In this document: positions 30,422-40,357 of the stretch, in pieces | How positions within the stretch are numbered: position 1 is the first letter of the stretch | Layout of the letters: the number at the start of each line of letters is the position of its first letter | From: Gammaproteobacteria bacterium | Lineage (GTDB): Bacteria > Pseudomonadota > Gammaproteobacteria > Ga0077536 | Assembly (NCBI GenBank): GCA_963662545.2 | Contig: CAXXLL010000003.1 | Span: forward strand, 2,720,001-2,784,000 | Direction of reading: 5' to 3' | DNA length: 64,000 bases | Notes under the pieces: model-generated | Databases searched by the model: none | What the model saw: only the letters and a program-made list of their open reading frames with translations | Told to the model about the DNA's origin: nothing | Position numbers and translations under genes: made by a program

Positions 30422-31557
30422 GGAATTTGCAAAAACACCGGTGAGGCGCCCAACTCATCCACGGTGCGCAAATGTTCACCGGATTTGGCATCGTATACAT
30501 CGAGGGTCGAACCTCCGAATAACGTCGTAAAAAGCAACGGCTCGGCATCCTGGCTGACCCGTACTGCAGTCGCCGGATGCTTGGCCTTAATGCGTTGTAA
30601 TCGGACGTGCTTCTCGAAATCGTAAACCCATATCTCTTCGGCGGGATCCCAGAACGTGTATTTCCCGCCCTTATGCATCAGGACGAACAAGCGCTGATTC
30701 GCCGCGTGGGCGGCGATTAACTGATGTCCGCCGACTCGCCATGATGCTTGGCGCTCGTCCTCGCTCGCTAATGACCAGGGGGTCGAGAGCGTTAACTCCT
30801 TCCCGCTAGCGTCGAACGTATGTATATATCCCTCGCGAGATACGAACAACCATCGATTTCCGATTCGAACGCCGTCTTCCTCGATCGGATCCTTGTCCGG
30901 ATCGAAAGCCGATTTCGTCAGTGTTCTGTCTATTTCTTGGCCCTGGTCATCGAGTTGCAGGGACATCAAGGAGCCGTCGCCACAGATCATGAAGAAGCTA
31001 TGCGAGCCTGTCGGATAGACCAGGGAGCAGCCGGGCGTTTCGATTTCGCTCAAGGTTTTGCGTGCTTTCACGTCGATAACCGTGACAGATTGCGCCGGCG
31101 TGAAGTTGTAGATGACGATAAATCGGTCTGCGTCGGTAATAGCCATATGGCCTTCGGTCGGGATACCGGTCAGGCGTTTATTCGGGATTATTATCTCGCC
31201 GATCGGTTTTAATTCCTGCGCGTCGTAGATGCCGATGATATCAGTGCGTTCGCCGCGAGTGCCGCGCGAATAGTAGGTCTCGGTCGTGTAAAGCGTGTTC
31301 TTATCCGTGGGAAAGAGGATCTTGGTGGGGAAAAGTCCAAGCCCCAGCATGCCGAGAAAGCGGCCGCTGTCACCGTCGACCAGGTACGCTTTGCCGTTCA
31401 CGAGGCTGTACAGGTTGATATCGTTGACCCATACCCAATGGGGGCCGGCCTCGGCGGGAAGCCGCTCGCTCTTCTGGACATCGTGTTCGAGTTCGGCGAA
31501 AGCAATCGTGCTCGTGATGAGTAGGCCGCAGATAACGGCCAGCACTTTTCGCTCCAT
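30418..31557 (-). CDS. mauB: TTQ amine dehydrogenase heavy (alpha) chain, MauB/AauB-like
   Basis: ETYYSRGTRGERTD, YNFTPAQSVTVID, IETPGC and WRVGG motifs; ATGA overlap with the light chain. Confidence 0.9.
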   Translation of the reverse strand: MERKVLAVICGLLITSTIAFAELEHDVQKSERLPAEAGPHWVWVNDINLYSLVNGKAYLVDGDSGRFLGMLGLGLFPTKILFPTDKNTLYTTETYYSRGTRGERTDIIGIYDAQELKPIGEIIIPNKRLTGIPTEGHMAITDADRFIVIYNFTPAQSVTVIDVKARKTLSEIETPGCSLVYPTGSHSFFMICGDGSLMSLQLDDQGQEIDRTLTKSAFDPDKDPIEEDGVRIGNRWLFVSREGYIHTFDASGKELTLSTPWSLASEDERQASWRVGGHQLIAAHAANQRLFVLMHKGGKYTFWDPAEEIWVYDFEKHVRLQRIKAKHPATAVRVSQDAEPLLFTTLFGGSTLDVYDAKSGEHLRTVDELGASPVFLQIP

Positions 31558-32363
31558 GGAGGTACGATCTCTATGTGATGCGGTCGCGATGCCTCTGATT
31601 TTACCCTTAATCTTACGGTTGTATACTACTCCCGGTACTTCGGGTCCCGCAATCAGGACGACAGATATGGAGCGTGAACGATGAGCGCAACCGCGCCGGC
31701 CCTGGCAGCCAAGTTAGCGACCGCAGAGGGTCGCATTCTTCTTTCGCCTCGGCGTGTGAAATCTCTACGTTGCTCAGAATGTCATCAACTATCGAAGCCA
31801 GAGGTCTGTACGACATCAGCGCTTCCCGTCGGGCCGTTGGTACGTTCCGGTACACCCAACCTTCGGGGGGCAGCGCGCTACTTCTTGCTTCGTCGACCAC
31901 TGCTTAGGGCCTATTCAACTCCCAGCGAATTATGGCAGCAGTTGCCGTCTTAAACGTTTGGCGACAAGGGTCTGGTCTTGGCCGAACGCCGCCGCCCGTC
32001 ATGCTCATCCCGCCGAACGCTATTGGATGACTGCTTCCGAGGGGATTGCAGACGTAATTCTTAGCACTTTTGCACTGCCGTGATTTGGCCGCTGACGACC
32101 CTATATAGCTAGTCTGTCCCGCTTTCCGCGATCCTAGACGCAGCCGGCAGGTAGCTGTCGGTGAAGGCGGGACATGCACCCGCAGACTACGAATAAACGA
32201 CCCAAACACACGATGTTTGCCGCTTTGATTTCGAGTCCGCGGGTGCGCTTGAGTTCGTCAACGAATACTCAGGGCTAGCCGTCGTACCGGCTCCTATATT
32301 GGCTTCGCAGAACTCGAGCGCGCATGTCCCTTCATCAACAGGTAGCACCTCGGGAGGCACAAG

Positions 32364-33419
32364 ATGAACACCCACGATGATTTTGAGTTCACCGCCTACG
32401 TCGGCATCGACTGGTCAGACACCAAACACGATATCTGCATTCAACCCGCCGGCCACCATGACCGGACGTTCGAGCAGATCGCGCATCAGCCTGCGCATAT
32501 CGAACACTGGGCACAATCGATGCGTGAACGTTTCGGTGGACCCATCGCCGTCGTCCTTGAGTTGTCCAAAGGACCGATCGTTTCGGCCCTGCAGAAGTAC
32601 GACTTCTTCGTGCTGTTTCCGGTCAATCCTTCGATGCTTGCGAAGTACCGCGAAGTCTTCAAACCATCCGGCGCCAAGGATGACCCGACCGACGCCGAGT
32701 TGGCCGTCGATTTAGTCTTACGCCATCGCGAGCGCTTCAAACCCCTGCGACCGCAGAGCATCGAGATGCGCACCCTCGCGCACCTGGTCGAGAAACGACG
32801 GCGCCTCGTCGAAGACCGCCTGCGATTCTCGAATCGCCTCACCAGTACCCTGAAAGCTTATTTCCCGCAAGCGGTCGAGTGGTTCTCCCATAAGAACACC
32901 TTCGTCTTTTGTGCCTTCATCACCCGCTGGCCGACCCTCAAACAGGTCAAGCGCGCCCGGCAGACGACCCTGGAAAGCTTCTTTCGCGAACATCGTGTTC
33001 GGCGACCGCTTATCGTCCAGGCACGTATCCAGGCCATCAGAGACGCGACCCCGCTCACCGACGACCCCGCCGTCATCGAACCCTGCGTACTGGAAGCCGT
33101 TGCCCTCGCTGGGCAGCTCAGAACCACCCTCGAGATCATCAAACGCTTTGACGACGCCATCGCCGACCTGGCGCCATCCATGCCCGATTACAACGTGTTC
33201 GCGTCGCTGCCCGCTGCCGGCCCGGTCTTCACCTCCCGTCTCCTCGTCGCCTTCGGCGAAGACCGACAACGCTTCGGCAATGCCGATGAAGTCCAACGTT
33301 ACTCAGGCGTCGCTCGCGTCACCGAGCGCAGTGGCAAATCCTCCTGGGTGCATTGGCGCTGGGCGTGTCCCACCTTCGTGCGACAAACTTGCGTCGAATG
33401 GGCCGAAAAAACCGTCTTC
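32364..33419 (+). pseudogene. IS110-family DEDD recombinase, 3'-truncated by repeat copy B
   Basis: YVGIDWSD, VLELSKG, KDDPTDA and TERSGKS motifs; homology stops at the 33420 junction. Confidence 0.85.
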
Positions 33420-34836
33420 GCGTATAAGCAGTATAAACAGGCTTTTCGTCCAGCAGCATCCCGTCGTCACGTTTGTCGGTGGCCGGTCTGACCCGCGAAC
33501 GCCCTCAAACCGGTATTCCGGCGCCCGAATCTACCCCGGCCGCGGGTTCGCCTGTGTACGGTTCGCCGTGGCACCGGCCCACAGGCCAGCCGCCACCGTG
33601 GCCGCGCCGCTGGTGTCGCAGCGTGAAAACCTTGCGGCCCTGTTGCGGTCCGACCGCGATGCGGTACGTGATTGACGAACCCAGGAGCTCATCCATCGGC
33701 CCAGCCTCGAGGCCATCGCCGGCCAGATAGCTGTTCTGCGCGTCCCGCGTAAGCCACCCCTGCGGTTCGAGATCGCAGACATCCTGCATGCCAATCCGCG
33801 ATGTCAGCATGTCCGCCGCTCGGACGAACTCCGCTGTCAGATCGAGACCGCTTACGCGACAGCCGAATTCCGCGGCCAGCGTGCGTGCAGGGCCGCTGAT
33901 ATCGCATCCGAGGTCGAGCACATGCATGTCCGCCCGCATACCGGCAAAAGCGGCGAGGTCACGGGTCGAGGCAATACCGCCGCCATGAAATTCGTCGAAT
34001 GGCGTCCGGTCGCGGCGTTCGAGTCGTTCCAAGTCACGCCCCGCCACCCGCAGGCTGGCGAGAATCCGGGCGCAACTATCGGCGCTGCCGTAATGCTGCT
34101 CGACGGCGTGCTCAGGCGACTCCATCAGCCACCCGCCAGGCGTGGTTCAACGAAGGTAGTCATGCAGAACCTGGCCGTGTTCGAGCGCGCACGAGCTTTC
34201 GAAGAAGTAGCCCCCCTCAATGGATTTAATCGGAATGTCGGCCACGCGATCCGATGGCGATTCACCGAAGACGAGGGTGGCGGGGCCGCAATGCACATCT
34301 CCGATCTGCATGTTGGTCAGTGTGGTCGTGGTCAGTTGATCGACGTCAGGCGGGGCGCCGAGTGCGACGTTGGGGATGAACTTGCGCGTAACCCATTCGG
34401 TTGTGCCGCCCAGGTCTTCCGCAGGCATCATTGATTGCATGCGCATGGACGCGTCGATCACCGTGAACCCGCCGCGCTCAACCGTCGCGCGCACGACATC
34501 ATCGGTGGTGTCGAGCGTCAGGCGGCCAAGTTTCTTGGGATACCCCCAGATTTCGCGCCCAGCGCCCATCGCGACGTCGCTATCCAGTATCATATAAATA
34601 CTGAAGTTGACGAAGCGTCGATCGTAGGTTGCATGAGTGGAAATGTGCGCCTCGTAATAGCGGCCGACGCCAGAGCACAGGAAATCCACGACCTGGGCGA
34701 ACATCAGGCTATCCTTGTTTGGTGTTAGCGGGGGCGGAACCAGTTGGCGCAGAACCTTGGGGTCTGTTTTGAACGCCACAGTGATCTGACTCATTTCGCG
34801 ATAATGGAACGGCGGTTTGCCGTAAAGTTCGGACAA
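33420..34836. repeat. 1417-bp direct repeat, copy B
   Basis: Matches 26502-27918. Confidence 0.95.
33505..34125 (-). pseudogene. SAM methyltransferase fragment fused to an IS91 remnant (copy B)
   Basis: Same as 26587-27207. Confidence 0.75.
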
Positions 34837-34890
34837 TTCGGGCATGCTATAGCTGCGCGCACTCAAGCTGTCAGCGGGCTTCCGGGCCAT
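34147..34890 (-). CDS. Acetoacetate-decarboxylase-family protein
   Basis: SMP...YGKPPFHY and GREIWGYPKK Schiff-base Lys motif; GGAGA RBS. Confidence 0.85.
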   Translation of the reverse strand: MARKPADSLSARSYSMPELSELYGKPPFHYREMSQITVAFKTDPKVLRQLVPPPLTPNKDSLMFAQVVDFLCSGVGRYYEAHISTHATYDRRFVNFSIYMILDSDVAMGAGREIWGYPKKLGRLTLDTTDDVVRATVERGGFTVIDASMRMQSMMPAEDLGGTTEWVTRKFIPNVALGAPPDVDQLTTTTLTNMQIGDVHCGPATLVFGESPSDRVADIPIKSIEGGYFFESSCALEHGQVLHDYLR

Positions 34891-35164
34891 GGTCGTCTCC
34901 CCAGGGAACTGAAATGAAGGCGACTAGTATATCCGCAGGCGGTCACACGGCAGATTTCGACATGGATATAAGTAGCCTGAAATGCGCAGAAAACTGATTG
35001 TCGTCGTGTTCGCCGCGCTCGCCGCATTACGATGGCCCGGCGGGCACTCATTTCGATGGTGTGCACTTCCATAGACTAAAGTGCGGAGGTATGCATGATG
35101 CCACTTTGAGCGGCTGCGTCGGACGGCGGCGGCGATCCGGACCCGCCCCGCGTGCAGGCGGCGC

Positions 35165-36316
35165 TTACTCGAGTTTACCGAAATTGATCCGCATGTCGTC
35201 GGGCGTGATGTCGACCTTTACCCGCGTCGCGCGCTGGGGCACGCGTTCACCGTCGATGACGCGGGGCCTGAACCGCCATTTGCTCACCGCCGACAGCACT
35301 GCTTGGTCGAATACGCCTGCGGGAAAAGACTCCAGCACCCGGGCGCCGGTGGCGCGTCCGTCGGTAGTGATGTCGAGCTCAGCCAGCACCCATCCTTCGC
35401 GTTCGTTGATGCCCCTGGGAATGATCGGATACACCATGACCAGCGGCTTTGCTTCACCTTCCTCGTCCTTGATTAGTTCCACCAGCTTGTCGCCGTGATA
35501 TTTTTGTCGCTCGTCGTTTTTCAGAGCTTCGTACACTGCGGCCAGGCTGCCGTGCGCCCGCAAGATGCGCGTATCGTCTTCGGGGAGTTGTTCCTGAAAG
35601 ATCCGCAGCGCGTCCAGATAGTATTTTTCCGCCGATTCGAACTTGTTCAGGCGGTTTTCGATTGCACCGCGCTGGAGGATGATCTCGCCCACGGCGGGAT
35701 GACGTTCACCCATCGACTTTGCGATGATCTCCTGCGCGCGTATCAGTGAATTGTGTGCGTTCGGCCCCTCGCCGATATTAGCTTCGAAACTGGCGATATT
35801 GATCAGCAGCGCGGCGATCTCCGGATCGTCCGGTCCCTTGTTGGTCTTCAAGACGTTCAGCGTTTTGCTGTAATAAAGACGCGCTTTGCCGAATTCGCCC
35901 TGGGCCCAGCGCAGCACTGCGAGGTCCCGATACACGGTCAACAGATTCATGTCCGTCTCGCTGTTGATGCTCGACAGCATCTCCTGGGCGCGGAGCAGAT
36001 GAGCCTCCGCCTCCTCCAGGCGCCGAAGTTCGAACAACACGTGGCCGAGATTTATCTCGAGGACGGCAGTCTTTTCATGGTTGGGTCCCAGCTCGGCGAT
36101 GCCCAGCTCGAGCGCCCGGGCGGCCAGCTCCGCGGCCTCCTCATGCTCACCGTCGATGTAGGCCTTGTCATAACCCCGATAGGCCTCCATGAAGGCGTCT
36201 GACACATCCTGAGCCGCCGCCGGGAGGCAACCCAGCACCGCACACAAGCATGTTACGAGGGCGGGTTTGCGAATTCTCCTGTTCATCGTCCGTCGCGCGG
36301 GTGGCTGTGGGCGCAA
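35165..36316 (-). CDS. Periplasmic TPR-repeat protein with a C-terminal TonB domain
   Basis: Signal peptide, kinesin-light-chain-like TPRs (LGPNHEKTA, GERHPAVG), and EGWV...FDQAVLSAVSKWRFRP TonB_C; start may be 36286. Confidence 0.8.
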   Translation of the reverse strand: MRPQPPARRTMNRRIRKPALVTCLCAVLGCLPAAAQDVSDAFMEAYRGYDKAYIDGEHEEAAELAARALELGIAELGPNHEKTAVLEINLGHVLFELRRLEEAEAHLLRAQEMLSSINSETDMNLLTVYRDLAVLRWAQGEFGKARLYYSKTLNVLKTNKGPDDPEIAALLINIASFEANIGEGPNAHNSLIRAQEIIAKSMGERHPAVGEIILQRGAIENRLNKFESAEKYYLDALRIFQEQLPEDDTRILRAHGSLAAVYEALKNDERQKYHGDKLVELIKDEEGEAKPLVMVYPIIPRGINEREGWVLAELDITTDGRATGARVLESFPAGVFDQAVLSAVSKWRFRPRVIDGERVPQRATRVKVDITPDDMRINFGKLE

Positions 36317-36586
36317 AATATACCAGACCGACTTAGGCTACTATAGCCGTTGCCCGCCCGACGAATCATCCAGCGCTTGCACAAGGGTAGTTTTGTTCGA
36401 AAGAATCCGCCGGATGAACTCGGATCATTCACAGTGTGCGGCATACCCCGGGCACCCGGCGGAGCGGGGTTTCGTTCGCGACCGCGACCCTGATCCCGCG
36501 CCCGCGGCTGCGGTACCCTCTGCAGGCGGGACCGCCGAGCCGTCGCATGCCGGTATCGGCTGACGCCCGGCGCACTTACCGCACTG

Positions 36587-36730
36587 ATGTCCGTCGCTGT
36601 AATTATACCGACCCACAACCGCGCGCCGGTGCTGGCCCGCGCACTCGACTCGGTGCTGCGTCAGGAGCCGAAACCGGGTGAGATAATCGTGGTGGACGAC
36701 GGCTCGACGGACGACACGCCGGTTATGTGA
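36587..36730 (+). pseudogene. GT2 glycosyltransferase 5' fragment
   Basis: MSVAVIIPTHNRAPVLARALDSVLRQ...EIIVVDDGSTDDT, then stop. Confidence 0.8.
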
Positions 36731-37178
36731 CAACGGCGATCCGTGCGGCTCGTGGCCTGAGTTGTCCGGACCGCCGGATCTCACTTTGGTGCGCGACACC
36801 ATTGCGACCTTACGCGCGTTGAACAAAGAAGAGGCGGTCGATCTGATCTGGTACGGTGGCGCTCGCTCGGGCACGGATGCGGCGAAGCTCATCGCCATGG
36901 GATGCAAGGCGGTGGTCTACGGCCTGCCGGTCGCTCTCGCGGTAGGCGGATCGATGTCCGCCGCGGGCCTCGACTTCACCGCCGACCGCAGCGCAGACGA
37001 GCGGTCGGACGCGACCGTCAACATCATGAAAGCATATGCGGCCGAAGCCTCCATGATGGCGCGATGCACCGGCAAGACCCGGCTGCACAACCTCGAGCCC
37101 GAGAACCTCCGCTCGATCACGATCGCCCCTGCGGACACGAGCGGGATACCGATGCCCGGCACACGCTTGGAGGCCTGA
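36730..37178 (+). pseudogene. FMN-binding glutamate-synthase-family C-terminal fragment (GlxD/MgsC-like)
   Basis: GGARSGTDAAKLIAMG and MMARCTGKTRLHNLEPENLRSIT motifs; no N-terminus. Confidence 0.7.
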
Positions 37179-37221
37179 ACCGCTCTTTTCGCCCGCTCGA
37201 GGGCGAACAACTCCCGGTGAG

Positions 37222-38295
37222 CTAGCTCCCGCCCAATAGCTGCGCCTTGCGCACGTCTCCCTTGCGAATCGAGCGCCCGGAGGCCGCGAACGCCAGACCG
37301 ACGAGCAGCCGAATCACGGTACCGAGAACCGGCCATTTATATCGCGCCTGCATCGCCGCGTACGGCCGATCGCGCTCCCACGCCCGTTGAACGATCGCGA
37401 GGATCTCCGCAGGGTCCTCCCTGCGTCCGGGACGCTGGCGCGCAGTGGCCAGATCGGTCTCGGCGTTCTTCTTGAGGAGCATGTCCATCTCGGCAACCAG
37501 AAAGTTGCGGGGGTGCAGGAAGTCGGACGTTGCGAGCACGGGCCCCCGCTCGCGGACTGCCACGAGCTCGAATCCGGCCTTCTCGCAGAGCCCCGCGAGC
37601 GTCGTGCGCGAGAAGTAATACGTGTGTACCAGCTTGAAGTACTGAGGAATGCCGCGCCGCAGGACGAGGCCGCGCAGATCGGGCGTCTGTAGATAGAGAT
37701 AGCCACCGCTGCGCAAGACGCGATTCATCTCCACGAGCGCCGCGAGGGGATCGACGAAGTGCTCGATGATCGCGAGCCCGTTGACGAGATCGAAGGTGCC
37801 GGATGGCAGGCCGTTCTGCATGAAATCGGTTTGATGCACCTCGATACCGAACCGCTCCCCGGCAATCGTCGCGGCCTGCACCGACTGCTCGATGCCCAAT
37901 AACCGGTTCGAATCGTCGAAATTTTTCAGCCACGCGCCGTAGCCGCAGCCGATATCGAGAATGGACCAGCCCCCCACTTCGGGCAGGTGACCAATCAACC
38001 ATTGGAAAAGAACGTCGTGCCGCCATTCGCAGGCGTGCAGATGCTTGTCGATGTCGAAGCCGTCGGACGACTGGCCGACGTAGTACTCGCTGCCGTAGAA
38101 GCGGGCCAGGGCATCGCCTACAGGCTGCGGATTGAGAAACGACAGCCCGCATTTCGCACAGACGACCGCCTGCAGAGGCTGACCGAACAAGTGCCCCGGG
38201 TGCCTGACACGCGAGGACATGAGCGGCTCGTGATGTGTCGGATCGGCGCCGCATGCGACGCACGGCACGAGCTTGAAGCGCGGCGTGTCGCTCAT
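37222..38295 (-). CDS. Class I SAM-dependent methyltransferase with N-terminal Zn-finger-like Cys motifs
   Basis: CVACG, CAKCGLSFLNP, ILDIGCGYG and IIEHFVDP motifs. Confidence 0.85.
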   Translation of the reverse strand: MSDTPRFKLVPCVACGADPTHHEPLMSSRVRHPGHLFGQPLQAVVCAKCGLSFLNPQPVGDALARFYGSEYYVGQSSDGFDIDKHLHACEWRHDVLFQWLIGHLPEVGGWSILDIGCGYGAWLKNFDDSNRLLGIEQSVQAATIAGERFGIEVHQTDFMQNGLPSGTFDLVNGLAIIEHFVDPLAALVEMNRVLRSGGYLYLQTPDLRGLVLRRGIPQYFKLVHTYYFSRTTLAGLCEKAGFELVAVRERGPVLATSDFLHPRNFLVAEMDMLLKKNAETDLATARQRPGRREDPAEILAIVQRAWERDRPYAAMQARYKWPVLGTVIRLLVGLAFAASGRSIRKGDVRKAQLLGGS

Positions 38296-38690
38296 CTCGA
38301 AAGGCCGGCCATGTCGAGAACCCTCGGGATATGCCGCTCCCAGCCGAGCGCCATGAAATGCACGCCGGCACAGACTCCGTCGAGCGCTCCGATGGTACGC
38401 GCCGCTATCTCGAAGCTCGTCATAACGACGTCCTCGGCGTCGCGAAGCGCTTCCATGATCGCGTCGGGGACGTTGATCCCGGGGACGTTGCCGCCCAGGT
38501 CCCGGTCCTGATTCAGGGACTGCACGGTCTTCAGCAGGCCGATCGCCTCGAGATTGAAGACGGCTTTCGCGTCCGGGTGGTCGCCCGCGGCGGGATCGTC
38601 ACCTGACATGCACACCACGTTGCGCAGCCCGAGCGCGTGCGCGGACAGCAGATCCGCCTGCAGGGCGATGCGGTTTCGATCGCGATCCGA
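38292..38690 (-). pseudogene. Methylenetetrahydrofolate reductase (MetF-like) fragment
   Basis: RDRNRIALQADLL...NVVCMSGD...GDHP and GVHFMALGW; 5' end and a middle part are missing. Confidence 0.75.
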
Positions 38691-39395
38691 GCTTGCACAT
38701 GTTTTTACGCGGGATCCCCTTACTCCCGGCGCGCGCGGGTACCACAGGCATATAGGAAATATAACCCCCTTATATGGTGGGTTTCCAGGCTATCGGGTTA
38801 TTCATTGTGGCGGGACTGACGCTGTTCATGGCGTGATCAGGCGGTGGTTGCGGCGGAATTTGTGTGGAATTTAGGGCGAGATCGGGCGGACATGCGGGGT
38901 CAGGTTGAACAAGAGCCTGCCGCATCGGGGCACGGCATCTGTGGGGGAACGGGGCAGTTCAGGTTGTGTTGAACAGGCTGGCCTGAGGGGGTGCCCGGGG
39001 TTCGGGTAATGAATTGATCCGGGTGATGGGCTTGGTTCTGTCGAGGTGGTCGAGAATCTTGCGGATGACGAGGGGGTCTTCGATGCAGGCCATGACCTTC
39101 AGGGTGCCGTCACAGGCCTGGCAGGTGGTGATGTCGATGTGGCCTACAGGGATGTAGGTCAGGGGCATGAGCAGGACGCGGAAGCTTTGAAGACCCGCTT
39201 GAGGCGTTGCGCCCAGGTCGCCGCTCTTGCGCATCCCTGCGCCCGCGGCATTAGTGCATCCCTGCACGTCATGGCGGTATGGCGCTCGGCGGGGGTTCGG
39301 TCGTGTGTCTCGTCGGTGGCGCTCTTGCGGCCCTTGCCGCGCCTGGCCGGAGTGATCAGTGCCCGGTGTTTGCTGTTGGGGGCGAAGACACCGTG

Positions 39396-39467
39396 ACAAA
39401 TTTATCTGGAATAAATTTGGACGACCGAAGGTCGCCCGAAGGGTGAGGAACAGGGATGTTCCTCATC
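39396..39467. repeat. 72-bp multi-hairpin insertion within the IS91 transposase
   Basis: Separates TRF and HGVFAP; related to 40056-40128. Confidence 0.75.
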
Positions 39468-40055
39468 AAAGCGGGTGAGGTTGACTCGGGGTTTGGGGAT
39501 CAGTGCGGCGAGGCGTGCAATGAAATCCAGCGGCTCGAAGATCACGTGGGTCGTTCCGTCACGCCAGGGGTTCTTGAGGGTGTATCGGACCTGGCTGTGT
39601 TCGGTCAGTGACAGGCGCTTTTCGGATACGGCGGGGCGGGTGATGGTGCGGCACAGGCGTTCGAGCTTGTCGCGTTCATGGGCTTTGGCCGCCACACCGG
39701 CATGCAGGGAGAATCCGGCGACATTGCCCATCCGGGTGGAGAACGGTTCGTCGCTGGCGGGGAGTGACTGCAGGGTTAGCACCTTGCGTCCCTGGCGGGG
39801 TCCGGTGGCGATGCGGTAGGTGACGGAATGCCCGGTCAGGGACGCCATGGGATCGTCACTTTCGGTGTCCATGCTCAGGTATGCGGTCTCGTCATCGCGC
39901 ACTAGCAGTCCCTGGCGTTCGAGAAAGCGGCTCACGCGATGGGCAATGGTGTGGGTCAGCCGGGTGAGTTCGTCGCTCGTGGGTGCAGTCACCCATCGAA
40001 ACCGCGTGCCGGCGCGGGTGTCATCCACATAGACGCCATCGAGGAACAGCATGTG

Positions 40056-40128
40056 ACAAATCGGCAGGACAGCCGATTTGCACGACCGAAGGTCGCCCAA
40101 AGGGTGGCGCACACGGATGCGCGCCATG
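40056..40128. repeat. 73-bp multi-hairpin insertion splitting the HUH motif
   Basis: Lies between NVHL and HMLFLDG; shares ACGACCGAAGGTCGCCC.AAGGGTG with 39396-39467. Confidence 0.75.
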
Positions 40129-40357
40129 TAAGTGGACATTGAGGTTGAGTGCGCCGCCGAAGCGCTGAATGAGGGTGACGGCGCCGGTGCGCGCGGTGGT
40201 GGCGGTGTAGCCGGCCTTGCGAATCAAGTGGGCCTCGCGGGTCGGCTATTCAGATCTGGGCGTGAATCGCAAGCGCGTCGAAGCGTTGCGAGCGCAGCTT
40301 CCGACCGGCGCGCGATAACGCGAGCCACACAACCAAGAGGTGTCCGCGTTCTTTTCA

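Larger units (their letters stand above)
38748..40225 (-). mobile_element. IS91/ISCR-family element: degraded HUH transposase and oriIS-like end
   Basis: GAVTLIQRFGGALNLNVH, HMLFLDGVY, GFSLHAGV, LERLCRTITRP, DGTTHVIFEPLDF, CxxC and RAPP; end rc GGTTATATTTCCTATATG. Confidence 0.85.
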
